Shown here: positions 29,291-39,500 of the stretch, piece by piece
Position numbering within the stretch: position 1 is the stretch's first letter
Layout: each line of letters starts with the position of its first letter
NCBI GenBank assembly: GCA_965228735.1
Contig: OZ245838.1
Coordinates: forward strand, 2,848,001 to 2,912,000
Length of the DNA stretch: 64,000 nucleotides
Origin: Planctomycetota bacterium
Lineage (GTDB): Bacteria; Planctomycetota; UBA1135; UBA2386
Reading direction: 5' to 3'
Position numbers and translations under genes: made by a program
Notes under the pieces: generated by a model
The model's input: only the letters and a program-made list of their open reading frames with translations
Databases searched by the model: none
Told to the model about the DNA's origin: nothing

Positions 29291-29836
29291 TCAACAGTCG
29301 GCGTCGATCGCCGCGATCACGTCCGCTGGGGTCGCGGCGACCGTGTAGATGCCGCGGTAGTGCTCCTGGATGAAGCCGCCCTGGAAGCCGTGCTCGATCG
29401 CCGCGAGCAGCGGTTGCCAGTAGCCGAGCGTGTCGAGCAACACCACCGGCCGGTCGTGGAAACCGAGCTGCTTGAACGACAGCGTCTCCGCGACCTCGTC
29501 GATCGTGCCGAGGCCGCCGGGCAGCGCGACGAACGCGTCGCCGCGCTCCGCGAGGCCGCGCTTGCGCAGCCGCATGTCGGTCACGGCCTCGACCTCGTTC
29601 GCCCGTTCGCAGTGGACGTTCTTGTCGATGAATTCCTGCAGGATCACGCTGATCGTGCGCCCGCCGGCATCGCGCGCGCCGTCGGCCACGGCGCCCATGA
29701 GGCCGTAACGGCCACCGCCCCAGACGAGGTCCCAGCCGCGTTCGGCGATGCGGCGGCCGAGTTCGCGCGCGGGCTCCTTGAAGGCCGGGTCGATCCGTTC
29801 ACTCGACGACGCGAAGACGGTGATGCGTTTGCTCAT
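29291..29836 (-). CDS. LOG family nucleotide phosphoribohydrolase
   Basis: GGGRYGLMG, MRLRK, PGGLGTIDE. Confidence 0.93.
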   Translation of the reverse strand: MSKRITVFASSSERIDPAFKEPARELGRRIAERGWDLVWGGGRYGLMGAVADGARDAGGRTISVILQEFIDKNVHCERANEVEAVTDMRLRKRGLAERGDAFVALPGGLGTIDEVAETLSFKQLGFHDRPVVLLDTLGYWQPLLAAIEHGFQGGFIQEHYRGIYTVAATPADVIAAIDADC

Positions 29837-30390
29837 TCCTGCTCCAGGCGGTTGCCGCGGGCAAGCCAGCGGTCGAGGAGCATGAGCCCGGCGAGCGACT
29901 GCCCATCGCCGCACTCCTGCTCGACGAGGCGGGCGCGCGCCTCATCGAACGGCAGGCGGTGCACCTCGATGTGCTCGCTCGGCTCGAGCTCCTGCCCCAC
30001 GAACTCGAGGTCGCGGGCGAGGAAGAAGTGACAGCGCTCGGTCGAGGCCCCCTTGTACGGCGCGAAGAACCCGAGCTCGTCCCAGCGCGTCGCGACGACG
30101 CCGGCCTCCTCGCGCAGTTCGGCCTCGGCGACGGCGCGCGGCGAATCGCCGGGCTGCATGCCACCGATCGGGAACTCGAAGAGCCGCTGCCCGAGCAGGT
30201 AGCGTTCGACCTCGAGCAGCAGCGTCGTGCCGTCAGGGAAGTGCGGGACGATCCCGCAGCTGCCGGCCATGTCGATGTAGAAGTACTCGCCCTCCGAACC
30301 GTCGCGCTGCACGTAGCGGTCGCGGCAATAGCGGTGCCAGCGGTTGTCGACGAGGACCTCGCGATCGATGCGGGAGAACGGCCGACCCAT
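29833..30390 (-). CDS. NUDIX hydrolase (ADP-ribose pyrophosphatase-like)
   Basis: Nudix box GGMQPGDSPRAVAEAELREEAGV. Confidence 0.9.
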   Translation of the reverse strand: MGRPFSRIDREVLVDNRWHRYCRDRYVQRDGSEGEYFYIDMAGSCGIVPHFPDGTTLLLEVERYLLGQRLFEFPIGGMQPGDSPRAVAEAELREEAGVVATRWDELGFFAPYKGASTERCHFFLARDLEFVGQELEPSEHIEVHRLPFDEARARLVEQECGDGQSLAGLMLLDRWLARGNRLEQE

Positions 30391-33080
30391 CAGCGCGAGA
30401 TCCAGAAGAAGAACTGCCGGCGGTTGTCGCTCTCCTCGTAGAACCACGGCCACGCGAGGTCGAGCGCGATCGGCACCTCGAGGTACGGGATCTCGATGCG
30501 CAGGCCGACGCCGCTGCTCAGGCGCAGCTCACCGAACGACGGGTCGTCGATCCTGGTGCCGAGGAGCCCGAGGTCGGAGAACACCGCGAAGCGCAGCAAC
30601 TCGCGGTCGCGCACCTCGTTCTCGAGGCGCGTCGCGACGAGCGGGAACGTGAGCTCCAGCGTCGCGTTGTAGGTCGCCTCGCCGCCGAGCGGCCGACCGA
30701 ACTGGCTCGGGCCCGCGTCGCGGTAGTCGAAGCCGCGGAGGTTGCGGCCGCCGAGATAGAACCGCTCCGTGAGGAAGACGTCGTCGCTCTTGCCGAACGC
30801 GTGGGCCACGCCGAAGAAGTGGTCGAACCGCAGCACCGTGCGGTGGTCCATCTCGTTCTCGGTGAGCCACGTGTAGGCCTCGGCCGTGTGCACGAACTTG
30901 TAGAGGTTCGCGCCGCCGCCGAGGAAGCCGCCGACGACCTCCGCCGACACCGACAGGTCGAGCCCCTCGGTCGGCCGCCGCAGGTTGTCGAGGTCGCGGT
31001 AGCGCGCGCTGAGCCGCAGCCCGCGCAGCTCGGTGTGGCCCTCGGCGTCGTAGGCGAACACCGTCGCGTCGCCCGCGAGGTCCTCGATCTCCACCGTGTC
31101 GTGGCGCGCGGCGATGCCGATGTTGAAGTGGTCGGTGAGATTGCGCCCGATGCCGACCTCGCCGCCGAGCGTGTCCGACGTGTAGCCGTCGGGCTCGCGG
31201 CGGATGAGGCGCAGGCCGGCGACGCGCAGGTCCCACGTGTCGTAGTGATCGCCGAAGAGGTCGGGCTCGAGCCACGACACCCGGAACTGGCTGTAGCGAC
31301 TGCCGGGCGCGAGCAGCACACCGAGCTGCTGGCCGCCACCGTGGAACGCGCGGTTGTCGAGCATCTCCTCGAGCATCGTCGCGGGGTTCCACGAGCTCGG
31401 CGGGTTCCACAGGTCGAAGTTGCGCTTGTTGTAGCTGATCGACGCCTGCGCACCCTGCCCCGTGCTGATGCCGACGCCCCAGCGCAGCTCACCCGTGCGG
31501 CCCTCCTGCACCTCGATCGCGAGATCGAGCAGGTCCTCCTCGCCGGCGACGGGTTCGAACTGCACGATCGGCCCGCGCAGCGCCGCCTGGTCGGTGAAGA
31601 AGCGCGTCTGCTCGAGGAAACGCAGCGAGCGCCGCACCTCGCGCATGTCGACGCGTTCACCGGGCCGCGCGCGCACCCGGCGGCGGATGACGGCGTCGCG
31701 GGTGTACTGGTTGCCGCGAATGACGACGTCGCGCAGCGTCTTCGGCCCACCTTCGTAGACCTGGAACGTGACGTCGACCTCGGCGCCCTCCTCGGGGTAG
31801 TTCTCCTGCGGCGGCCAGAAGACGCGGCACGCCGTCGGGTCGTTCCCCATCCCGCGGAACGTGGCCGGCGGATGACCGCGCTCGCCGTAGAAGTCCTGGA
31901 TGTCGAGCCAGTCGCGTTGCAGGCGCGCGTGGTCGTAGAACTCGCCGGGCTCGACCTCGAGGATGGCGCGGATCTCCGCGGGCGAGTAGAGCGGCGAGCT
32001 CACGGGCTGCCCCTGGCCGTCGACGTGCTGGATCGTGATCGACCGGATCCGGTAGCGCGGCCCCTCGACGATCGCGAGCACGATGTCGACCTCGGTCCGA
32101 TCCTCACTGAACACGACGTTGGCGAGGTCGACGGTCGCATCGAGGAAGCCGCGGCTGCGGTAGAACAGCCGCAACCGGTCGAGGTCCTCTTCGAGCACCT
32201 CGCGGCTGTAGCCGACGCCGCGCGCGAGCCCCCACGCCGGATCGCTCTGGATGTGCGAGTCCCGCAGCAGGTAGCTGCCGGTGCCGGCGAACCCGAACCC
32301 CGGCTCGGAAGCGAACGAGTCGTTGCCCAACGCGATGATGTCGCGAACCGTGACCTTGGTCCCTTCGTCGATGCGGAACTCGAGCGCGCGCCCACTGTCC
32401 TCACCGCTGTTCTCGCCGCCCTCGATCGGCCGCTGCCGCAGCTCGACGTTCGCGAACGCGAACCCGTCGCGGTGGTAACGCGACAGCAGCACCTTGCGCA
32501 TCGCCTCGGCCTCGTTCGACGTGACCTGGCGATCGCCGTCGAGGCCGAGCAGGCTGTTGACCGTGTCGCGCGACAGGCTGTCGAGGCCACGGAACTCGAC
32601 CCGCTCGAACACCTCGATCTCGCGTTCGATGATGAACGTGAGGATCACGCCGTCGTCGGCCTCCTCGAGGAACGCGGACACGACGAGCCGACGCTCGTGC
32701 CAGAGGTTCTCGCAGTCGGCCGTGACCCGCGCCGGGTCGTAGATCTGTCCGACGCGCGTCTCGAGGCTGCGCGTCAGCGAGTCGGCCGTCTGCGCGTCGA
32801 CGAACTGCGCCCCACCTTCCTGCGCTCGCGCGATGCGGATCGCGCGCACGGTGCGCGTCTCACCGGCGGGCTCCTGCGCGCCCGGATCGACCGGCTTGCC
32901 GGGGTCACCGACGGGCCGCTCCCGAAGGGTCGGCTGCACGTCCGGCCGCGGATCCTGACCACTGCCTGGTGGGTCGTTCCCCTGGTTGCGCTGCGCGCCC
33001 GGCAGCACGCCCGACTGCGCCGTGAGTGCGCCGGAGCACGCGCCGAGCCACACCCCGAGCACGAGCAGAACCGTCGCCAA
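30390..33080 (-). CDS. bamA: BamA/Omp85 outer membrane protein assembly factor
   Basis: POTRA repeats (GNQYTRDAVIRR, FYRSRGFLDA), ERFYLGG..LRGF, aromatic-rich C-terminal strand; TTG start at 33080 is an estimate. Confidence 0.9.
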   Translation of the reverse strand: MATVLLVLGVWLGACSGALTAQSGVLPGAQRNQGNDPPGSGQDPRPDVQPTLRERPVGDPGKPVDPGAQEPAGETRTVRAIRIARAQEGGAQFVDAQTADSLTRSLETRVGQIYDPARVTADCENLWHERRLVVSAFLEEADDGVILTFIIEREIEVFERVEFRGLDSLSRDTVNSLLGLDGDRQVTSNEAEAMRKVLLSRYHRDGFAFANVELRQRPIEGGENSGEDSGRALEFRIDEGTKVTVRDIIALGNDSFASEPGFGFAGTGSYLLRDSHIQSDPAWGLARGVGYSREVLEEDLDRLRLFYRSRGFLDATVDLANVVFSEDRTEVDIVLAIVEGPRYRIRSITIQHVDGQGQPVSSPLYSPAEIRAILEVEPGEFYDHARLQRDWLDIQDFYGERGHPPATFRGMGNDPTACRVFWPPQENYPEEGAEVDVTFQVYEGGPKTLRDVVIRGNQYTRDAVIRRRVRARPGERVDMREVRRSLRFLEQTRFFTDQAALRGPIVQFEPVAGEEDLLDLAIEVQEGRTGELRWGVGISTGQGAQASISYNKRNFDLWNPPSSWNPATMLEEMLDNRAFHGGGQQLGVLLAPGSRYSQFRVSWLEPDLFGDHYDTWDLRVAGLRLIRREPDGYTSDTLGGEVGIGRNLTDHFNIGIAARHDTVEIEDLAGDATVFAYDAEGHTELRGLRLSARYRDLDNLRRPTEGLDLSVSAEVVGGFLGGGANLYKFVHTAEAYTWLTENEMDHRTVLRFDHFFGVAHAFGKSDDVFLTERFYLGGRNLRGFDYRDAGPSQFGRPLGGEATYNATLELTFPLVATRLENEVRDRELLRFAVFSDLGLLGTRIDDPSFGELRLSSGVGLRIEIPYLEVPIALDLAWPWFYEESDNRRQFFFWISR

Positions 33081-33126
33081 TCCTGCAGGCCGGATGCTGC
33101 TCGATCCGACCTGCCGGCTGGCGCAC

Positions 33127-34473
33127 TCACTGCATCGGTTCTGCCCTGCGCGTGTAGTTCTCAAAACGCATGTATTCGCGGAAGAAGCGCAGCACGACCT
33201 CACCGGTCGGGCCATTGCGCTGCTTGGCGATGATGACTTGTGCGAGCCCGGCGTTCTCTTCCGTGGGTTTGAAGTACTCGTCGCGGTGCAGCAGGATGAT
33301 GACGTCCGCATCCTGCTCGATCGCGCCCGACTCGCGCAGGTCGCTCATCCGGGGGCGGTGATCATCGCGGCTCTCGACGTCGCGATTCAACTGCGACAGC
33401 GCGATTACGGGCATGGAAAGCTCCCGCGCGATGGCCTTGAGCCCGCGCGAGATCGCCGAGATTTCCTGTTGACGGCTCTCGACGCGGGTGCCCGCGGTCA
33501 TCAGCTGCAGATAGTCGACGACGAGCATGTCGATGCCGTGCTTCTGCTTCAGCCGGCGGCACTTGGCGCGCAGCTGCGTGATCGAGATGCCGGGCGTGTC
33601 GTCGACGAAGATCCGGGCCTCGTAGAGCCGCGCCGCCTCCTCCTGCAGCCGGCGATACTGCTGGTCCGTGATGCGCCCCTTGCGCATCGCCTGACCGTCG
33701 ATCTGCGCCCGACAGCACAGCATGTTCTGGATCACCTGCTGCTTGCTCATCTCGAGCGAGAAGAACGCCACGCCCGCGCCGAGGCTCGCGACGCGCTCGG
33801 TGAGGTTGAGCGCGAACGTCGTCTTACCCATCGACGGCCGCGCCGCGATGATGATGAGTTCCCCGGGCTGCAACCCGCCCGTCATGTCGTCGAAGTCGTA
33901 GTACTCGGTGCCGAGCCCCGTGAGCCGGCCATCGCGTTCCCGCAGGCGGTCGATGCGCTCGAACGTGAGCTGCAGCACGTCCGCGATGCTCGACGCCTCG
34001 CCGGCCTGCTCGAGGCGCGCGATCTCGAAGATGCGTCGTTCGGCGTCGTCGAGCAGGTCCTTGGCCTCGGTCTCGTTCGTGTAGGCCTGCTGCTGGATCT
34101 CCATGCACGTCGCGATGAGTTGCCGCTGCACCGACTTCTCGCGCACGATTTCGGCGTGGTAGGTCACGCCGGCCGCGGTCATCACGCTCTCCATCAGGTC
34201 GAGCAGTTGGCCGTGACCACCGGACTCCTCGAGCTTGCCGGTCCGCGACAGCTGCTCTCCGACCGAGATCGGGTCGGTCGCCTGCCGATCGTTGTAGCTC
34301 ACGACGATCGACTCGAAGATCAGCTGATGGCGCCGCAGGAAGAAGTCCTCCGGCTTGAGGAACGTCACGTCCGCCACCGCGTCCGGGTGCAGCAGCAGCG
34401 CCCCGATCACCGATCTCTCGGCATCGAGATTCTGCGGCGCCGAACGCCCCTCGCTGAGCTTGAAGTCCACCAT
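33127..34473 (-). CDS. dnaB: Replicative DNA helicase
   Basis: PQNLDAERSVIG, AARPSMGKT, VVDYLQL, LSQLNR, DLRESGAIEQDAD, KQRNGPTG; no intein. Confidence 0.98.
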   Translation of the reverse strand: MVDFKLSEGRSAPQNLDAERSVIGALLLHPDAVADVTFLKPEDFFLRRHQLIFESIVVSYNDRQATDPISVGEQLSRTGKLEESGGHGQLLDLMESVMTAAGVTYHAEIVREKSVQRQLIATCMEIQQQAYTNETEAKDLLDDAERRIFEIARLEQAGEASSIADVLQLTFERIDRLRERDGRLTGLGTEYYDFDDMTGGLQPGELIIIAARPSMGKTTFALNLTERVASLGAGVAFFSLEMSKQQVIQNMLCCRAQIDGQAMRKGRITDQQYRRLQEEAARLYEARIFVDDTPGISITQLRAKCRRLKQKHGIDMLVVDYLQLMTAGTRVESRQQEISAISRGLKAIARELSMPVIALSQLNRDVESRDDHRPRMSDLRESGAIEQDADVIILLHRDEYFKPTEENAGLAQVIIAKQRNGPTGEVVLRFFREYMRFENYTRRAEPMQ

Positions 34474-34702
34474 ACCGCGTCGTTCCGAGCGTCGCTCAGG
34501 GATACCGATCGCGACGCCAACGGACAAGGGACGGCCCGCTCGAGTCCGGTGCACAACCGGTGGAAAGGCCGCGGGAAACCCGACCGCGCAAGCGGCGAAG
34601 TCCGGCTGCACCCGCGCTCACTCGTGAACGCGGCTGTGAAGAGTTTTCACTCCGAGGTTTTTGCTGCCGGCCGCCCACTTCGCGGCGATCGTTTCGATCC
34701 GA

Positions 34703-36490
34703 TCAGTTCGGATCGATGACCCGCCCCTGCGAGTTGTCGTCCCCGAGTTCGATGACGCCGCGCGACGACAGCTCCGCGAGCACGTCGCACGCCTCGTCGT
34801 AGCCGATCCGCAGCCGCCGCCGCAGGAACGCGGCCGAGGCGCGCCGCGTCTCGAGCACGACCTGCCGCGCCTCGTCGAGCAGTCTCTCGTCGAGGCCATC
34901 GCCGAACAACGACTGCTGGCGACCCCCGTCCTCCTCGTCGAGTTCGCGTTGCCGCTCCCGCCGCGACCGGAAGCGGCGACTCGGCGCGGGTTCGATCTCG
35001 GCCGCGGGCTCCGCCGCATCGGCCGCCTCGGACTCGGGCTGCGGCTCTGGCCCTGGCTCTCGCGCTGGCTCTCGCGCTGGCTCCGGATCCGGGATCGGCT
35101 CCGGGCGCGGGATCGCGAAGACCGGCTCGTCGGCATCTTCGGCCGCCGCTTCACGATCTTCCGAATCGACACCGTCGTCGTCCTGAGAGCCATCGTCGTG
35201 CCCGTAGCCGGCGGCCGGCAGGATTGCTCCAGCCGCGGCCGGCGCCTCGTCGACCCCGCGCGATTCCGGGTTGTCGATCTCCTGGCTGTCCGGCGCGACC
35301 GGCAGCCACTCCTGCGGCTCGGCGCCCTCGGCTGCGTCACTGGTCGTCGCGTCGGCGGACTCAGCGGTCTCGGCCTCGGTCTCGGCCTCGGCCTCGGCCT
35401 CGGCGCCGCGCGCGTCGGAGCGCCGCACCTCTTCGTAACGGCGCTCGAAGTAGGACCGCCGCCGCGCGCGACGCGGCTCCGCCACGACGTCGGGCACCGG
35501 ATCCTCGACGGCCGGCTCGACCTCGGGCACGTCGCTGGCCTCGGAGAACTCGTAGGCCTCGGCATCGGCCAGCTCGGGCTCGGCCTTCGACGCCCCAGCC
35601 GACTCCACCGGCGCCGGTTCACTCGGTGCCGACTGCCGTTCCCCGACGAGCTCCGCGAGCTCATCGCTCGACAGATCGGCCGCGTCCCGGGCCACCGCGC
35701 GCTCGGGCGCAGGAGCCGGTGCGGGGTCATCGTGCAGCGAGATCGTGTCCCGCGCCGCCGCGTCGGACGCGCGCACCTTGCGCCCCGATCCGCCGGCAGC
35801 ACCCGGCCGCAACGGGGCAGCCTCGGTCGCCGGCGCCGGCGAACCCATGGTCGCGGACGCGAGGCCCTTGAGGTGATCGGTGACCTCGGGCTCGACGCCC
35901 TCGTCGGCCGCGGCTTTGGCGGACGCCGGCTTCGCGCCGCCCGCACCGCGATACATGGACCGCGCATACAGCCGTTCGAACGTCTCGCTGAACAGGAAGT
36001 CGGTCGCGAGCAGCAGCGCGCCGAGCGTCGTGACCGACGCGAGCAGCATCGAGGGGTAGTAGCCGAACGCCGCGACGAGCCGCGCCGCGAAGAACGCGCC
36101 GAGCTCGCCGAGGTGCGGGCGCGCGTCGACCTGTTCGCCGACGTTCATGAACACGCCGAGCATGACGAGCACGGCGACGAGCCGGATCACGCGGTTCAGC
36201 GGCCGCTCGACGCGACCCGTGAAGAACCAGATCGACGTCCAGATCAGCAGCAGCAGGAAGAACATCACCGCCGGCGCGAAGCCGAACGTGCGATAGATCG
36301 CGGCGTAGATCGTCTGGAGCCACGACTCGACGGCGATCGTGTGCTGGTAGAAGTGGAAGTAGAACAGCGCCGACAGCGAGAAGACCGCGATGCAGAACGG
36401 AATCAGCAGCGCGCCGCGTTGCAGTCGGCCGGTCTCGTTGGGCTCGGCCTGGTTGGATCCGGCCGGACCGCCGGGCTGATTGTCGGTCAT
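34703..36490 (-). CDS. Motor-less FtsK paralog (membrane domain + acidic linker + gamma-like winged helix)
   Basis: N-terminal TM region aligns by eye with the neighbouring FtsK; C-terminus DEARQVVLETRRASAAFLRRRLRIGY..RGVI is FtsK-gamma-like; no Walker motifs; SD GAGGGG. Confidence 0.85.
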   Translation of the reverse strand: MTDNQPGGPAGSNQAEPNETGRLQRGALLIPFCIAVFSLSALFYFHFYQHTIAVESWLQTIYAAIYRTFGFAPAVMFFLLLLIWTSIWFFTGRVERPLNRVIRLVAVLVMLGVFMNVGEQVDARPHLGELGAFFAARLVAAFGYYPSMLLASVTTLGALLLATDFLFSETFERLYARSMYRGAGGAKPASAKAAADEGVEPEVTDHLKGLASATMGSPAPATEAAPLRPGAAGGSGRKVRASDAAARDTISLHDDPAPAPAPERAVARDAADLSSDELAELVGERQSAPSEPAPVESAGASKAEPELADAEAYEFSEASDVPEVEPAVEDPVPDVVAEPRRARRRSYFERRYEEVRRSDARGAEAEAEAETEAETAESADATTSDAAEGAEPQEWLPVAPDSQEIDNPESRGVDEAPAAAGAILPAAGYGHDDGSQDDDGVDSEDREAAAEDADEPVFAIPRPEPIPDPEPAREPAREPGPEPQPESEAADAAEPAAEIEPAPSRRFRSRRERQRELDEEDGGRQQSLFGDGLDERLLDEARQVVLETRRASAAFLRRRLRIGYDEACDVLAELSSRGVIELGDDNSQGRVIDPN

Positions 36491-36595
36491 GCGCCCCTCC
36501 GCGGGCTGGTGCTGCGATAGGTCCGATACCACCGGACGAGCGGCGAAGCTAACACCGAGTGGCCGACGCGACAAGCAAGGGCCAGATCCCGCGGC

Positions 36596-39500
36596 TCACG
36601 CATCGCGGCTGTCCTCGTCCTCGTCCTCGTCCTCTTCGAGCTCGTCGTCCTCGAGGTCCTCGCCGTCCTCGTCCTCCTCGTCCTCCTCGTACTCCTCGCC
36701 GTCCTCGTCGTCGTCCTCGAGCTCCTCGTCGTCCTCTTCGCCTTCGTCCTCGAGGTCTTCGTCTTCGTCTTCGTCCTCTTCCTCTTCCTCTTCCTCTTCT
36801 TCCTCGTCCTCTTCCTCGTCCTCTTCTTCCTCGCCCTCGTCCGCTTCGTCTTCCTCGGCCTCGTCCGCCGCCGCGTCCTCGTCGTCCGCCGTGATCTCGA
36901 CCGTCTCGGCCGCATCCACCGCCGCCGCGACTGCCGCCTCGATGTCCTCGCCTTCCTCGACGACGATCACGTCCTCGGCGTCGACCTCTTCGTATTCGGC
37001 CTCCTCGCCGCCCTCGAGGTCGGCCATCGCGTCCGCCATGTCGGCCTCGCGCTGCTTCCACTCGTCGAGCGTCATCATGACCTCGCGCGACTTGCTGCCG
37101 ACGAACGGACCGACGAGTCCGTCGGCCTCCATGAGCTCGAGCAGGCGGGTCGCGCGCGTGTAGCCGACCGACAACGCCCGCTGCAACAGCGTCGCGGACC
37201 CGCGTTGCTGCCCGAGGATCACCTCGACCGCGTCGTTGTAGAGTTCGTCCGACTTCGCGGCGCTCGGCCGCGAACTGCTCTGCGTCTGCACGAGGTCGCG
37301 GTTGAACTGCGGCTCCTGACCGTGCTCCTCGAGATGCTGGATGACGGCCGCGAGTTCTTCGTCGGCGACGAACGCGCCCTGTGCGCGCAACAGCGCCCCA
37401 CCGCCCGGCGGCATGTAGAGCATGTCACCGTGCCCGAGCAGCTTCTCCGCGCCATTGGCGTCGAGGATCACGCGCGAGTCGATCCGACGGTTGACGCGGA
37501 ACGCGATCTGACACGGCAGGTTGGCCTTGATGATGCCCGTGATGACCTCGCTGCTCGGCCGCTGCGTCGCGAGGATCACGTGCATGCCGACGGCGCGCGA
37601 CTTCTGCGCGAGGCGCTGGATCGAGTCCTCGACCTCGTTCTGCGCGACGTTCATGAGGTCGGCGAACTCGTCGATCACGATCACGATGTACGGCAGCTGC
37701 ACGCGGTCGGGCTCGAGCGCCTTGCCGATGCGCCGTTCGACCTCCTGCTGTCCGAGCCGGTTGTAGCTGCGGATGTGATTCACCCCCGCGGCCGACAGCA
37801 TCGTGTAGCGGTGCTCCATCTCCTCGACGGCCCACTGCAGCACCGCCGGCGCCTTCTTCATGTTCGTGACGACGTCACAGCACAGGTGCGGCACGCGCTT
37901 GTAGGCCTGCAGCTCGACCATCTTGGGGTCGACGAGGATCAGCTTGACCTGGGCGGGCGACCGCGTCATCAGGACCGACAGCAAGATCGCGTTGATGCAG
38001 ACCGACTTGCCGGAGCCCGTCGTGCCCGCGATCAGCAGGTGCGGCATGCGCGCGAGATCCTCGACGATCGGGTTGCCCGCGACGTCCTTGCCGAGGTAGA
38101 GCGGGATGCCGAGGTCCTCCGATCGCCCGAACTGGTCGAGCAGATCGCGCATCAGCACCTTCTGCCGTTCCTCGTTCGGCACCTCGACGCCGACCGTGTC
38201 CTTGCCGGGGATCGGCGCGACGACGCGCACCGAGATCGCCTTGAGCGCCGCCGCGAGATCCGACTCGAACGTCGTGATCTTGTTGACCCGGATATGGTCC
38301 GCGAGCCGCAGTTCGTACTGCGTCACCGCCGGCCCGACGGACGCGGCGACGACCTCGGCCTCGACCTTGAAGTTCGCGAGCTTCGCGACGATCGCCTCAC
38401 CACCCTGCGTCAGCTGCTCGGACGTCGCGCCGATGTCGCCCTGCACGGGCTCGGAGAACAACTCGAACGGCGGGAACGGGTAGGCCTCGTCGAACGGCAG
38501 ATCGCTCTGCTGGCTCGACTTGCTCGGCGCGCGCTTGCTCGGCCGCTTGCGCACGATGCGGATCTTGACGGGCTTCTTCGCGGGCGCCGTCGGCTCTTCG
38601 ACCTCGTCGCCCGCGAGCTGCGCAGCGACGGCGTTCTGCGCCGGGTCCGAGCCATCGCTCGCAGCCACCGCACCGTTCGTGCTCGGCGCGGCGGCCGTCG
38701 CCGGCGCACCGGCATCCGAGTCGTGCTCCGCGTCGGCGCCCGTCGCCGTATCGACGTGCCCGCCGGAGTCGGCCGCGGCCTTCGATCGCCGCGAACGCGG
38801 CTTGGCCGCCGCGCTCGGCGCCGCATCTGGATCCTGCACGGCCTCGACGGCCGCGGCGGCCGCCGACTCGACGGCCTCGGACTCCGCGGCGGCGGCAGCA
38901 GCGGCCGCGGCTGCCGCAGCTTCGCGCTCGGCCGCGATCTCCTTGCGCCGGCGGCGGCGGCCGGACTTGGGCGGCGCGACGACCGCGGTGACTGCCGGCT
39001 CGGCAACGGCGTCCGGCTCGGCCGCCTCGTCCTCGTCGACGTTCGCGGCCGTTTGCGTGCGCCCCCGCCGAGACCGCACTCCCGACCTGCCGGCCCCGTC
39101 GCCGTCCCGGTCCGCGACGTCCTGCTCGGGCATGCCAACGGCGCCACCCTCGACCGCGAGCGCCGGCCGCGCGCGCTCCCGCCACCAGGCGACGACGCGC
39201 TGCCACAGCTCCTCGCCGCCGGCGAGCGCGCGCATCAGCATCTGCGAGAACAGCCATTCCGTCACGAGCAGCAGCGACACGAGCATGCCGAACCCGACGA
39301 TGAGCAACCGCCCCGAACCACCGAAGGCCGCCTCGAGACTCGGCGACACCGTCGCGCCGAAGATGCCGCCCGCGCTGTACGGCGTGAGCCCGGAGAACCC
39401 AGCGTCGCCGGCGCGACCGGCCAGCAGGATCGCGAACATCATCGCGAACGCGAGCGCGCCGACGGCCTTGATGATCGGCTTCTCGACCCGACGCCCGATG

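Noticed and set aside
33127..34473. Intein in dnaB
   Set aside because: Normal length (~448 aa) with contiguous helicase motifs.
34474..34702. Replication origin (oriC)
   Set aside because: Only degenerate boxes, no AT-rich unwinding element and no adjacent dnaA/dnaN.
36480..37163. Poly-Ser ORF and RG-repeat ORFs
   Set aside because: Antisense or alternate-frame readings of the FtsK acidic tail.
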